A DNA stretch of 64,000 nt from Nitrospirota bacterium (GTDB lineage Bacteria; Nitrospirota; Thermodesulfovibrionia; Thermodesulfovibrionales; Dissulfurispiraceae): NCBI GenBank assembly GCA_963710375.1, contig CAVPZX010000002.1:832001-896000 (forward strand), written 5' to 3'. The position numbers were made by a program, and so were the translations under genes. Shown in pieces: positions 51,766-64,000 of the stretch (positions within the stretch are counted from its first letter, which is position 1; every line of letters begins with the position of its first letter). Below the pieces are notes generated by a model. It was not told the DNA's origin and did no database searches. It worked only from the letters and a program-made list of their open reading frames with translations.

Positions 51766-51933
51766 ATGCCGGCTTATGAATATGTCTGTAAAGACTGTAA
51801 CCATGAGATTACTGTCTTTATCTCTATTAAAGAATATGAAACTAAACCTAAAATCAAATGCCCTCACTGTCAAAGTGACAATGTGCAGAAAAAAATCTCG
51901 GTGTTTATGGCACAAACAAGAAAAAAATCATAG
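51766..51933 (+). CDS. FmdB-family zinc-ribbon protein (absent from the ORF track)
   Basis: MPAYEYVCKDC...CPHCQS..VQKKIS; RBS GAGGAGG. Confidence 0.85.
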   Translation: MPAYEYVCKDCNHEITVFISIKEYETKPKIKCPHCQSDNVQKKISVFMAQTRKKS

Positions 51934-52075
51934 CTTACTTGTACAGTATGGAATACGGCAACACTTTACCGCCTAAGCTTAAAAAGAAAGTAGCCTCAAG
52001 ACAGGCTCCGATGCTAAGCTTGAGTAAGTGGTTGACACTTGCATCAGTAAAGAGTAAGTCCTTCATGAACCAAAA

Positions 52076-52459
52076 TTAAGGCCTGTCTTTACGGGTAGTT
52101 TTTTTGTGTCCGGTGTTATGTCGGCTGCCGCTTTTCCCTTTGATCGCACTGTTTACTTTTCCGGCGTCAAAACGCTCCGGCCGCGCTTTGTCCGGATTGT
52201 CTGGTGGAGGACTGTAGTTTTGTTTGACAGCCTTTTTCACTCTCATCCTCAAACCCTGGACAAGCTTGCCGTCAAGCGCTTTTATCGCTGCAGCGGCTTC
52301 GAAATCTGCCGGCATGTTGACGAACCCGAAACCCTTTGACATGCCTGTGGATAAATCCATAACTATGTTGAGTGACTTTATCTTCCCGAAAAACTGGAAG
52401 AGCTGGAATAGTTCTTTCTCATTAACTCCCCTGGACAGATTGCGCACGAGTATATTCAA
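52076..52459 (-). CDS. RRM RNA-binding protein
   Basis: ILVRNL (RNP2) and KGFGFV (RNP1). Confidence 0.9.
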   Translation of the reverse strand: MNILVRNLSRGVNEKELFQLFQFFGKIKSLNIVMDLSTGMSKGFGFVNMPADFEAAAAIKALDGKLVQGLRMRVKKAVKQNYSPPPDNPDKARPERFDAGKVNSAIKGKSGSRHNTGHKKTTRKDRP

Positions 52460-52469
52460 TGTAGACTCC

Positions 52470-52823
52470 TCAACTAAATTCTCGCCCGGCTGTCTCTTCC
52501 TCTTCCTGAGAGTTGTACAAATACGATTCTTTGCCGTCAGCGTCCAATACCATCCCTATCGTTACCCATTCGCTCTCGTCGTTGTCCCAATATGTGTTGA
52601 TTATCCCGATTCCATCGTCCTCGATTTCCAGTAATTTTGCCGCTTCCCAGTAATCATGCCTGGCATCGGCAACCTGAAAGATCGTGTTTTCGAACTCCCC
52701 GCCAGGTTCCCAACTAACAGCAATCCTATCTGAAGCCTCGCCCCATTTAGCCTCTATAATCCCACCATTAAAACCATCATTTCTGATTGCCTCTAATGCG
52801 TTATATCTTGCTGTCATCTGCAT
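52470..52823 (-). CDS. acidic hypothetical protein
   Basis: RBS AAGGAGG before MQMTARY. Confidence 0.6.
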   Translation of the reverse strand: MQMTARYNALEAIRNDGFNGGIIEAKWGEASDRIAVSWEPGGEFENTIFQVADARHDYWEAAKLLEIEDDGIGIINTYWDNDESEWVTIGMVLDADGKESYLYNSQEEEETAGREFS

Positions 52824-53031
52824 TTCTTCCTCCTTGTACCTACAGCGAAGCCCGTTAGTCTGATTTAGACATAGAATTCTTTCAAGCAAATATTCAGGCT
52901 CGAAAATGTCCTTAATTCGGAAGTAAAGAAAGAACTTAAGGATGAGCCTCAGAATCATTTGCTATTCCTTCACCAGTATAGTATACCGGAGGTGTGTTCT
53001 CTTTTACCTCATCAGGAGCTATCATTATCAA

Positions 53032-54000
53032 TCAGGAGCGATTATTCTGGATGAATAATCTCATATCTTCCGGTACTGGAGCATCGAATTCAAGCAACTC
53101 TCCGGATATAGGATGATTTATCATAAGACGTGAGGCATGCAGAAGGTGCCTCGGAGTTTCCTGCCAGGGAAGCAGGTCGTAACATCCAGCCTTGACATTT
53201 CTTACAAACGCAAGGAATTCATCGTCGGTTCTTCCATATAACTTATCACCCACCAATGGATGACCGGCATGTGCCAGATGGACCCTGATCTGGTTTGTTC
53301 TACCGGTGACGGGCCTGCACCTGACCATCGTGGATGATGCAAAACGTTCTATTACATCAAAAGCAGTGGCAGAGTATTTGGCGCCTGCGCTATCATCGAA
53401 TACGACTTTATTTTTTATCGAGAGGCAACTCTCACGATCAGGCACTAAAAACCCTTTGACCTCAAAAGAATCGTCATTGATTACTCCACGGGCTACCGCA
53501 ATATACTCCTTTCCTACAGTTCCGGCTTCAAATTGCTGCACGAGCGATCGGTGTGCAATTTCTGTTTTTGCAGCAACGATTATACCGCTTGTTTCCCGAT
53601 CCAGGCGATGCGCCAGGTGAATGGCGCCATGAAATCCCTTGTCGGCCATTCGTTCACGCAATAAAAAGATTAAAGTATTCTTGATGTAATTACCATCAGA
53701 ATGGGACGGTAGGTTGCCAGGTTTATTTGTAACAAGAAAGGTTTCTTCTTCATGGATAATTTGTATATTTATATCTACAGGGGGTTCGCTACGGACATCC
53801 GAATACGCTACAATATCGTTTTTTTTCAGGAGATGATCGGGCGTTATTGCCTTCCCGTTGACCGTAACCTTCCCGCGTCCAATCAGCCGCTTCCATTCTT
53901 CTCGGGTCTGATACTGGAAGCGCCGGGTGAGGAAATCCATTAGGTTCCTGCCGGCAAACTTCGATGAGATCCTGGATGAAAGTATAGTTACTTCTGTCAT
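53032..54000 (-). CDS. RluA/RluD-family pseudouridine synthase
   Basis: S4 domain, NKP, HRLDRETSG, TGRTNQIRVH, GDKLYG, LHA. Confidence 0.93.
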   Translation of the reverse strand: MTEVTILSSRISSKFAGRNLMDFLTRRFQYQTREEWKRLIGRGKVTVNGKAITPDHLLKKNDIVAYSDVRSEPPVDINIQIIHEEETFLVTNKPGNLPSHSDGNYIKNTLIFLLRERMADKGFHGAIHLAHRLDRETSGIIVAAKTEIAHRSLVQQFEAGTVGKEYIAVARGVINDDSFEVKGFLVPDRESCLSIKNKVVFDDSAGAKYSATAFDVIERFASSTMVRCRPVTGRTNQIRVHLAHAGHPLVGDKLYGRTDDEFLAFVRNVKAGCYDLLPWQETPRHLLHASRLMINHPISGELLEFDAPVPEDMRLFIQNNRS

Positions 54001-54308
54001 GCAATGAGTGCCTCAGACATACGGCAGTGCAATCGATTTTCTCAAAGTTTCATTAACGCTATTCTATCACATTGCTCTGGAGCAATAAACATTTCTGGCG
54101 GTGGTGACGTGACCATTACGGACATACTACGTGAGGAATTAGAGGGTGGGATCAGCAAACGCAAAAAAAATGAAGCAGAAGTTGGGAAGTATTCATAGAA
54201 CCCTTTAGAGGGGGCGATGGTTTTATCATCCCTCTAATCTTGCTTTTGCCCCCTTTGGGCATATATCCTTAATGCAATTATAAATACTGCTAATTCAGGA
54301 GCTATCCA

Positions 54309-54662
54309 ATGTGGATTGAATCATTTTCCGAACAAAGTTTTATTAATTTTGACAAGGTAATAAGCATAAAAATGATAACCGATAAACCAAATTCAGAAAG
54401 AATTACTGTTACTACAGAAGGTCCCGATAAAGAAGAAATAGAGCTAATAACCATCGAAAAGGCACGTAAATTTATATCATCAACAACAGTTTTCAATGAT
54501 GACCAGAAGAAAAAAATAAATGGGAAAGCTGCCGATGTAATTTTAAGCGCCTTTCTGGCGGTCTTAATGCGCTGTTTAACGTCTAAAGAACTAACGAAAG
54601 ATAGAGAAATTATTACAAAAGAATATATTTCAGAGCTGTTTTCCAATGCACTAAGAGACTGA
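54309..54662 (+). CDS. hypothetical protein
   Basis: RBS AGGAG; 117 aa. Confidence 0.55.
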   Translation: MWIESFSEQSFINFDKVISIKMITDKPNSERITVTTEGPDKEEIELITIEKARKFISSTTVFNDDQKKKINGKAADVILSAFLAVLMRCLTSKELTKDREIITKEYISELFSNALRD

Positions 54663-55045
54663 TTAAATACCGGGCACCACACTGTGAGAAAGTGCAATCT
54701 ACAGAAATCACGGCATGCTCCCAATCATTTCAAACGTGGGCGGCCGGGTATGTGCTATAGTTAACTATGAAAAGTACAGCCATCTTAAATTCTTTGATGA
54801 ATGATTCCATTATTCTTCCATTAGTGGATACTCGATTTTTCCCTCACAGGGTTCCCATTACATAGCCCAAAACCCTCTTTGTACCGGGTCTCACATAACC
54901 ATTTTAATAACAGCCGGGGGAGTATTGCTTTTAAGCATGCCGGATTTTGCTTGTAGAATATCTCCCTTTTGAATACCATATCAAATGTGAGGGGACTCTG
55001 GGTCGCAGAGGCCACTTGCCTTCAATATAGAAGGAGACCTCAAGA

Positions 55046-58000
55046 GTGAAAGTGAATAACAAGACCATAATAGGGAACCTGCCTAAATTGCGTGCGAGCT
55101 TCCGCGGAACAGACCTGGCACAAAAATGCGCTGTCTGCGAGCCTCCATTGCGATCTGAATTGTTCAGCAGCGATCAGATGGAGCAGCACGGCAAGACCCT
55201 CGCGGCCTTACATAAATTAAGCCCGGAATATGCCCCTGATCAGCTCCTGGCGCGACTGGCCGACAATGAAGGCATCCTGACCGGAACCCGTAGTTTGCTG
55301 ATTGAGGCAATTACGACTGGGCGTCGTATTACGCCGGCTGGTGAATGGTTGCTCGATAACTTCTACCTGATCGAAGAACAGATCCGTACGGCCAGAAGAC
55401 ATCTGCCAAAGGGGTACAGCCGGGAACTTCCCCGCCTGATGGACGGCCTTTCGGCCGGGCTTCCGCGCGTGTATGACATCGCTTTGGAGACAATTTCTCA
55501 TAGCGATGGGCGGATAGACCGGGAAAGTCTGAGCAGCTTAGTTGCAGCCTACCAGACAATTTCCGTCCTGAAGTTGGGAGAATTGTGGGCAGTCCCTATC
55601 ATGCTGCGGCTCGCGTTGATCGAAAATCTCCGACGCGTTGGGGCGCGGATCGCCGACGACAGGCTCGACCGAAACAAGGCTGATTATTGGGCGGACCGTA
55701 TTACCGAGGTTGCCGGAAAGGACCCAAAGAATCTGATATTGGCCATCGCGGACATGGCGCGTTCGGACCCGCCGCTGAAGGGCGCGTTTGTTGCGGAATT
55801 TGCCCGCAGGCTTCAGGGCCAGGGCCCCGCCCTGGCAATGCCGCTCACATGGATTGAACAACGACTCTCCGAGTTCAGTCTTACGATCGACCATTTGGTG
55901 CAGTCGGAGAACCAGCAACAGGCAGCTGATCAGGTCTCGATGAGCAACAGCATCGGCAGCTTACGTTTCCTTGGCACGATGGACTGGCGGGAGTTCGTCG
56001 AGACGATGAGCGTTGTCGAACAGACCCTGCGTGAGGATACCGGCGGTATGTACGGCAAAATGGACTTCTCTACCCGTGACCGTTACCGTCACGTGGTGGA
56101 GAAAATGGCGAAGAGCGGCTGGCTGTCGGAAGGCGAAGTGGCAGCCGAAGCGGTACGGCTCGCGCATGAGAGCGCTGCCAATAAAGACGGCGCCCACGGC
56201 AGCGATGGTCGCGCTGCCCATGTGGGCTATTATCTGATCGACAAGGGATTGCCGCAGCTTGAAGAGCTGGCACATGTGCGATTGTCTGTCTTCGGGACCC
56301 TTAGGAAAATGAGTTCCCGGTTTCCTTTGCTCCTCTATCTGGGCGCGATCACGCTCATGACGGCGGTTTTCACCGGGGGGTTGATGGCTAAGGCGCATGC
56401 TGATGGCTCACCTCTTTGGCTGCTCGTGACGACCGGTATCCTCTCAGCGCTGTGTGCAAGCCAGCTGGCGGTTGCAGTGGTGAACTGGCTTGCAACATTG
56501 CTGGTAATTCCGCAGCCGCTGCCGCGAATGGACTTTTCCAAAGGTATTCCGCCTGAATCGCGGACCCTCACCATTGTCCCGACTATGCTCACAAGCGCCC
56601 AAGGGATCGAGGACCTGATAGAGGGGCTGGAAGTCAGGTTCCTAGCAAATCGCGACGATTACCTGCACTTTGGCCTGCTGACTGATTTTCAGGATGCGGC
56701 AGAGGAAACACTGCCGGAGGACGAACCGCTGTTAATGCTGGCCCGGCAGAGAGTCGAAGGACTGAATGAAAAATACCGGAATGCAAAAGGCGATACGTTC
56801 TTTCTTTTCCACCGCCCGCGGCGATGGAATGCCCGGGAACGGGTTTGGATGGGTTACGAGCGCAAGCGAGGGAAGCTGGCGGAATTGAATTCCTTATTGC
56901 GCGACAGGAAAGATGGCGGGACATATGATCTCCCGGGAAACCGCTTTTCGCTCATCGTCGGTAATACGGAAATCCTATCCAACGTAAAGTACGTGATCAC
57001 CCTTGACACGGATACGCAATTACCACGCGACTCGGCGCAGCAGTTTGTGGGAGCCATGGCGCACCCGCTGAATCGCGCGCACTACGACGAAGACAAGCAG
57101 CGTGTTGTTGCCGGGTACGGCATTTTGCAGCCACGCGTGGCCGCGAGCTTGCCGGGCGCAAACCGGTCGCGGTATGCGCGAATGTGCGGGAGTGAGCCGG
57201 GCATCGATCCGTATACGCGCGCCGTCTCAGACATTTACCAGGACCTCTTCCATGAAGGCTCGTTCATCGGCAAGGGCATCTATGACGTTGACGCATTCGA
57301 GCGGGCGCTTAACGGACGCTTCCCCGAGAACCGGATCCTCAGCCACGATCTTCTGGAAGGGTGTTATGCGCGGGCGGGGCTGTTGAGCGATGTAATGGTG
57401 TACGAGGAATATCCATCTCGCTACAGCGCGGACGTGAGCCGCCGGCACCGCTGGATTCGCGGGGATTGGCAGATTGCGCGGTGGCTGCTGTCGGGTGTGC
57501 CTGGTTCCGATCCCGATGCGCGCCTTCAGAAGAATCCGCTCTCTGGACTGTCCCAATGGAAGATCTTCGACAACCTTCGGCGTAGTCTTGTGCCTTCGGC
57601 GTTGACACTGCTGTTGCTGCTGGGCTGGACGGTCTTGCCATCGGCATGGTTTTGGACTCTGTCGGTGATCGGCATCATCCTGATTCCTTCCTTGATTGCC
57701 TCTGTCCTGGATGTGCTTCAGAAGCCGGGTGATGTGCTTTTGAGGCAGCACCTTGCTGCCTCAGTGCGCTCTACGCGCAGGCGTTTCGCTCAAGCTGCAT
57801 TTTCGCTCGTCTGCCTGCCTTACGAGGCGTTTTACAGTCTGGATGCGATGATGCGCACGATCTGGAGAATGCTGGTCACGCATAAGCGACTTCTCGAATG
57901 GAGTCCGTCCGACGACTCGGATCGCACGAGCCGTAATCACCAAGAGGGCCTCGTCAGACTCATTCCGGACCATGTGGATCGCCCCGGTTATAGCCACCGC

Positions 58001-61000
58001 CACGGTGATCTACCTGGTGCTTTTGGGGCCGGCGGCTTTAGCTGAGGCCGGGCTCATACTGGGCCTCTGGTTATTCTCTCCCGCTATCGCGTGGTGGATC
58101 AGCCGACCGCTCGCTCGCCGTGGAGCAAGGCTGACGGACGAACAGACCCTCTTTCTCCGGAAGCTTTCACGAAAGAGCTGGGCGTTCTTCGAGACATTCG
58201 TCGATCCGGAAGATAATTGGCTGCCGCCGGATAACAGTCAGGAGTATCCGGTTGCCGTGGCCGTACATCGCACGTCGCCGACCAACATGGGCCTTGCGTT
58301 GCTCGCGAATTTATCCGCGCACGACTTCGGCTATATTTCAACGGGACAGCTCATCAAGCGCACGGCGAATGCATTCCATACAATGAAAACATTGGAACGA
58401 TACCGGGGCCACTTCTACAACTGGTACGACACGCAATCTCTGAAACCACTGTCGCCCCACTACATTTCTACGGTGGACAGCGGGAACCTTGCAGGCCATC
58501 TGTTGACATTGCGGCAGGGTCTGCTCGCGCTTCCCGATCAAAAGATCATAGGAGCGAGATTGCTTGACGGCCTCAACGATACACTAATGATTCTCGTGGG
58601 GATTTTCGCGGACACTCCTGGAGTAGTCGCACCAGCGGGGCTCGCCCATCTTCGGCAAGGCCTGGAGTCAGCGCTCAAGTCCCCGCCAACTAAGCTTATG
58701 GCGGCTCGGCAGTGCCTTGGTCATCTGGCACTATCCGCTGCAGAAGTGGTCGCCGGCATTGATGCCGACCGTGAGAACCCGGCCGGGTGGTGGGCGCGTG
58801 CCTTTGCCCGGCAATGCCGTGACGCCCTCGATGAACTGACCCTTCTTAACCCGCCGACAGTTAGCGGCATCGATGAGAGACCGACGCTGCGCGAACTGGC
58901 AGGACTTGGCAACCAACGCGCCATTGAGAGAATCGCGGCTATCGAACAGCTCGCATTGCAATCCGGCGAACTCGCCCGTATGGAATATGATTTCCTGTTT
59001 GACGAGGAGCGCCATCTATTGACCATCGGGTACAACGTCGGTGAACGCCGGCGGGACGCGAGTTTTTACGATTTGCTTGCTTCGGAAGCGAGACTGTGCA
59101 GTTTCGTGGCGATTGCGCAGGAACAACTGCCGCAGGAGAGCTGGTTCACCCTGGGCCGCCTGCTCACCACTACGAGTGGAGAGCCGGTCCTTGTTTCCTG
59201 GAGCGGTTCAATGTTCGAATACCTGATGCCGCTTCTGGTGATGCCGACGTATGAAAACACGCTGCTCGACCAGACTTATAAGGCGGCTGTGGCCGGGCAG
59301 ATCGAATATGGAAAGAAGCGTGGAGTGCCGTGGGGCATTTCTGAATCCGGCTACAACATGATCGACGGCCATCTTAACTACCAGTACCGCGCTTTTGGCG
59401 TGCCAGGCCTGGGGCTCCAGCGCGGGCTCTCCGGGGATCTGGTAATTGCGCCCTATGCTTCGGCGCTTGCGCTGATGGTGGCGCCCGAGGAAGCGTGCCT
59501 GAATCTGCAGCGACTCGCTGCTGAAGGGTTTGAAGGAAAATACGGCTTCTATGAAGCTATCGACTACACACCTTCACGTCTGCCGCGTGGACAGTCGAGC
59601 GCCGTGGTTCGCTCCTTCATGGCACATCACGTTGGAATGAGCTTGCTCTCTTTGGCCTATCTGCTCCTGGACCGTCCGATGCAGAAGCGATTCGAGTCGG
59701 ACCCGGTATTCCAGGCAACCATCCTGTTGCTCCAGGAGCGGGTGCCAAAGGCCACGGCGTTTTATTCACACACCGCCGAGCTCTCCTACATGCAGGGGGC
59801 TTCCAGTGTTACGGAGATGCCGGTGCGCGTTTTCAGCAGCCCGGATACGCCGGTCCCTGAAGTGCAGTTGTTGTCCAACGGCAGATACCACGTGATGATT
59901 ACGAATGCGGGGGGCGGTTACAGCCGATGGAAGGACATCGCAGTGACACGCTGGCGCGAAGACAGTACCCGCGACAACTGGGGCACGTTCTGTTACCTCC
60001 GCGACGTTGCGAGCGGAGAGTTCTGGTCAACCGCATATCAACCGACGCTCAAACGACCGGCCAATCAATCGAATAATTACGAAGCTATTTTCTCGGAGGC
60101 GAAAGTGGAGTTTCGCCGCCGGGACCACGACTTTGACACACATACGGAGATCGCTGTTTCACCCGAGGATGACATTGAACTGCGCCGAGTCCACATCACC
60201 AACCGGGCTCGGACACGCAGAGCGATTGACGTTACGAGTTACGCGGAGGTCGTCCTTGCGCCGCCTGCCGCGGAAACACTGCATCCGGCGTTCAGCAATC
60301 TCTTTGTTCAGACCGAGATCATTCGCCAGCAGCGGGCGATCCTCTGCACTCGCCGGCCCCGCTCCCAGGGCGAGCAGCCGCCCTGGATGTTTCACCTGAT
60401 AGCCGTGCATGGGGCGGAGATCGGAGAAGTCTCCTATGAGACGGATCGCATGCAGTTCATCGGCCGCGGAAACACGGTCGCCGATCCACAAGCGATGAGC
60501 GGGGCAGCTGGTTTTTTTACGGGTGCGCTCTCGGACAGCGAGGGCTCCGTGCTCGATCCGATTGTCGCCATCCGGCATCGGATAACGCTGGATCCGGAAG
60601 AATCGGTAACGATAAATATTGTCTCGGGCATCGGCGAAACCCGCGACGCGTGCCTGGGCCTTGTTGAGAAATACCAGGATCGACATCTCGCGGATCGCGT
60701 CTTTGAGCTCGCATGGACACACGGCCAGGTGTTTCTGCGGCAGTTCAATGCGTCAGAGGCCGACGCGCAACTCTATGGGCGCCTTGCCAGCTCGATAATC
60801 TATGCTAATTCTTCGCTGCGCGCCGAACCGGGCATCCTCATCAAAAACCACCGGGGTCAATCCGGTCTCTGGGGCTACGCCATCTCCGGCGATTTGCCGA
60901 TCGTGCTGCTGCAGATTGAAGATCCGGCAAATATCGATCTGGTGCGCCAACTCGTGCAGGCTCACGCATACTGGCGTCTAAAAGGACTGGCGGTGGACCT

Positions 61001-63725
61001 GGTGATCTGGAACGAAGATCACGCCGGTTACCGGCAACTTCTGCAAGACCAGATCATGGGGCTCATTGCCGCAGGCACCGAAGCCAACGTGACCGATCGA
61101 CCAGGCGGCATTTTCCTAAGACCTGCGGACCAGATATCGAACGAGGACCGCATCCTGATGCAAACGGTCGCTCGCGCCATCATCACCGACAGCCGGGGGG
61201 CGCTGGCGGACCAGATCAACCGTCGCAGTCTTGTAGAAGTATCAGTGCCGCTCCTTACACCGACCCGAACCCACCACTCCGAACCCCTGGCGGTCACCGC
61301 GCTGCCTCGCCACGATCTGGCATTCTTCAACGGGCTGGGCGGATTCACCCCGGATGGGCGCGAGTACGTCATTACGACCACGCACGGGCAGGTGACGCCG
61401 GCGCCATGGGTGAATGTGCTGGCAAACCCGCACTTTGGGACCGTCATTTCAGAGAGCGGGCCTGCCTACACCTGGAGTGAGAATGCCCATGAGTTCCGCC
61501 TCACTCCCTGGGGGAACGATCCCGTGAGCGATTCGAGCGGAGAAGCTTTCTACATCCGCGATGAAGAGCGCGGCCACTTCTGGTCCCCCATGCCGCTGCC
61601 CAGCCGCGGGGCAACGCCTTACGTCACCCGCCATGGATTTGGCTACAGCGTCTTCGAGCACACGGAGCGCGGCATCCGCTCAGAGGTGTGGGTTTACGTG
61701 GCCCTGGACGCACCGATCAAGTTCACGGTGCTGAAAGTGCGAAACGAGTCGGGGCGAGCGCGCCGACTTTCCGCCACCGGATACGCGGAATGGGTCCTTG
61801 GCGACCTGCGGCCGAAATCGACCATGCACGTGATCACCGAAATTGACCCGAATAGCGGCGCGCTCTTCGCGCGGAACTCCTACAACACGGAGTTCGCCGA
61901 CAGGGTTGCCTTCTTTGATGTGGACGATGCGCCCCGGACCTTAAGCGGCGACAGGACTGAGTTCCTTGGGCGCAACGGCACGCTTCGGAATCCGGACGCG
62001 ATGACCCGTGTCCGGCTTTCCGGCAGGGTAGGGGCCGGCCTGGACCCTTGCGGCGCTATCCAGGTCCCCTTCGATCTGGCCGACGGACAAGAGCGCGAGA
62101 TTATCTTCAGGCTCGGTATAGGGCGAGACTCATATGACGCCGGCCAACTGGTCCGCCGTTTCCGGGGATCTGCCGCCGCGCGCAGAGAGATTGAGAAGGT
62201 CTGGCAGCACTGGAATCACACCCTCGGCGCAGTGCAGGTGGAAACACCGGACCAGTCCGTTAATGTGCTGGCCAACGGCTGGCTCTTATACCAAACTCTT
62301 GCATGTCGTATTTGGGCACGGTCCGGATATTACCAGCCAGGGGGCGCCTTTGGCTTCCGCGACCAGTTGCAGGATATGATGGCGCTTATCCACTCTGAGC
62401 CCGGGCTTGTGCGCGAGCACCTCATCCTCTGCGCGGCCCATCAATTCAGGGAGGGAGATGTCCAGCATTGGTGGCATCCTCCTTCAGGGCGAGGCGTGCG
62501 TACACACTGCTCGGACGACTTTCTCTGGCTGCCCCTGGCTGCGTGCCGTTACGTTCTGATTACCGGTGATACGGGGGTGTTGGATGAAACTATCCGCTTT
62601 ATCGAGGGCCGCCCGGTAAACAAAGACGAGGACTCGTATTACGATCTTCCCCGCTCGTCTGAAGAAACGGCCAGTTTGTACGATCACTGCGTGCGGGCCA
62701 TTCTCAGGGGTATCAGCCGCGGCGCTCACGGTTTGCCGCTCATTGGCTCGGGTGACTGGAACGACGGAATGAACATGGTGGGTAAAGAAGGCAAGGGTGA
62801 AAGCGTTTGGCTCGGATTCTTCCTCTATAAAGTGCTCATGGAGTTCTGTGAGATCGCGTATCTGAAAGGTGATCTGTTATTTGTCGAACGCTGCCGGGAG
62901 GAAGCTGCCCTACTTCGCAGGAATATCGAAGAGTATGGCTGGGATGGTGAATGGTATCTGCGCGCTTACTTTGACGACGGTTCACCACTGGGTTCGGCGA
63001 GTAATCCCGAATGCCGGATTGATTCCATCCCGCAAAGCTGGTCTGTTCTCTCCGGAGCAGGGGATACCGAACGTTCACATGTGGCAATGGAAGCGGTGGA
63101 TAACCTTCTTGTCCGACGGGACCATGGCCTGGTCCAGCTCCTGGACCCGCCGTTCGATAAATCGGATATGAACCCCGGGTACATCAAGGGATACGTCCCG
63201 GGTGTAAGGGAGAATGGCGGGCAATACACCCATGCGGCTATCTGGACCGCGATGGCATTTGCTCAGTTAGGCGATAGCAGTCGCGCGTGGGAATTGCTTA
63301 CGATGATCAACCCGGTGAATCATGCCGGATCTCCGGAGAAGATCGAAATCTACAAGGTAGAACCGTATGTTGTCGCGGCAGACGTATATGCGGTGTCGCC
63401 GCACATTGGACGCGGTGGATGGACGTGGTATACCGGATCGGCGGGCTGGATGTACAGGCTTATCCTGGACTCGCTTCTCGGGCTGCGACTTGAAACAGAC
63501 AAGCTGCATTTCGAGCCTTGCCTGCCGGGGAAGTGGGAGTCTTTCAAGATGCACTACCGCTACAGGGAAACCATTTACCATATCACCGTGTTGCAATCAA
63601 ACAATAACAACGGCAGCATGGCCAGTGTGATCGTCGATGGCGTCGAGCAGCCTGATAATGCAATTCCGCTCTTTGACGATCATCTGGAACATTCGGTCGA
63701 AGTGAGAATAAGTACTAAGTACTAA
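55046..63725 (+). CDS. ndvB: cyclic beta-1,2-glucan synthase (GT84 plus GH94), 1-nt frameshift near 57956
   Basis: EWLLDNFY, GYERKRGK, LSHDLLEG, RWIRGDWQ, GFRDQLQD, GDWNDG, RENGGQYTH, WYTGSAGW. Confidence 0.9.
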
Positions 63726-63949
63726 GCTTCCCCTGTGATTGACGCCCTCAATGCTGCAATCTCTTCCGTCGGTCCCAAGTCAGCCTCCAGCACGTCGAGC
63801 TTCTTGAGAATCTTCCCGTTGTAGTCTGGAATGATAAGATAGTCGTGGGTCTTGGCAAGGTCTCTCATCTTCCACCAAAGGCCCTCTTTTGAATTCACAA
63901 TTTCTTGCAGCTTTACGAAAATCTCATGTTTGGCGTTTATATTTTTCAT
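63722..63949 (-). CDS. hypothetical protein
   Basis: 75 aa, RBS GGAG, convergent with ndvB. Confidence 0.45.
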   Translation of the reverse strand: MKNINAKHEIFVKLQEIVNSKEGLWWKMRDLAKTHDYLIIPDYNGKILKKLDVLEADLGPTEEIAALRASITGEA

Positions 63950-64000
63950 GTCGGTATGACTCCAGAACGTCTGCTTTCCACAAGGTGTGGCGGGGGAATA

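Noticed and set aside
54130..54260. Riboswitch or right end of the second Tn7-like element
   Set aside because: Alternative TTAGAGGG/CCCTCTAA pairings exist, but there is no recognisable aptamer, TnsB-site cluster or GCTGT TSD.
55217..63630. Many antisense and alternative-frame ORFs within ndvB
   Set aside because: Shadow ORFs of a GC-rich coding sequence.

Overview
Bacterial chromosomal window; gene content suggests a Nitrospirota/Desulfobacterota-like host (inference). Bases 1-8.4 kb are housekeeping: suhB, rlmD-like, dnaJ-hspR-clpB-hsp20 and tRNA-Asn(GTT). A complete 30.1-kb Tn7-like element (8449-38566, TGTG...CACA ends, 5-bp TSD CTGTT) sits 31 bp downstream of the tRNA. It encodes fused TnsAB, TnsC and a TniQ/TnsD, with a divergent CI/LexA-like repressor and palindromic operators. 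Its cargo includes a XamI-type RM system, several HEPN/AlbA/HNH defence-like genes, an orphan integron-type cassette, a DGR-target-like DUF1566 gene and a UvrD helicase. A nested 6.7-kb Tn3 transposon carries a TA pair and an exosortase H/IPTL-CTERM surface-protein system. The end of a second, related Tn7-like element abuts the first. It is followed by two nested multi-gene DDE elements and a low-GC MerR / radical SAM-SPASM / HD-domain operon converging on an aGPT-Pplase1 (thymidine hypermodification family) gene, the best candidate here for an undescribed DNA-modification or defence system. The window ends with rluA-like and cyclic beta-1,2-glucan synthase genes. Four single-base frameshifts look like systematic sequencing errors. 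No CRISPR array or cas gene was seen. Family calls rest on motif recognition by eye, not on database searches.
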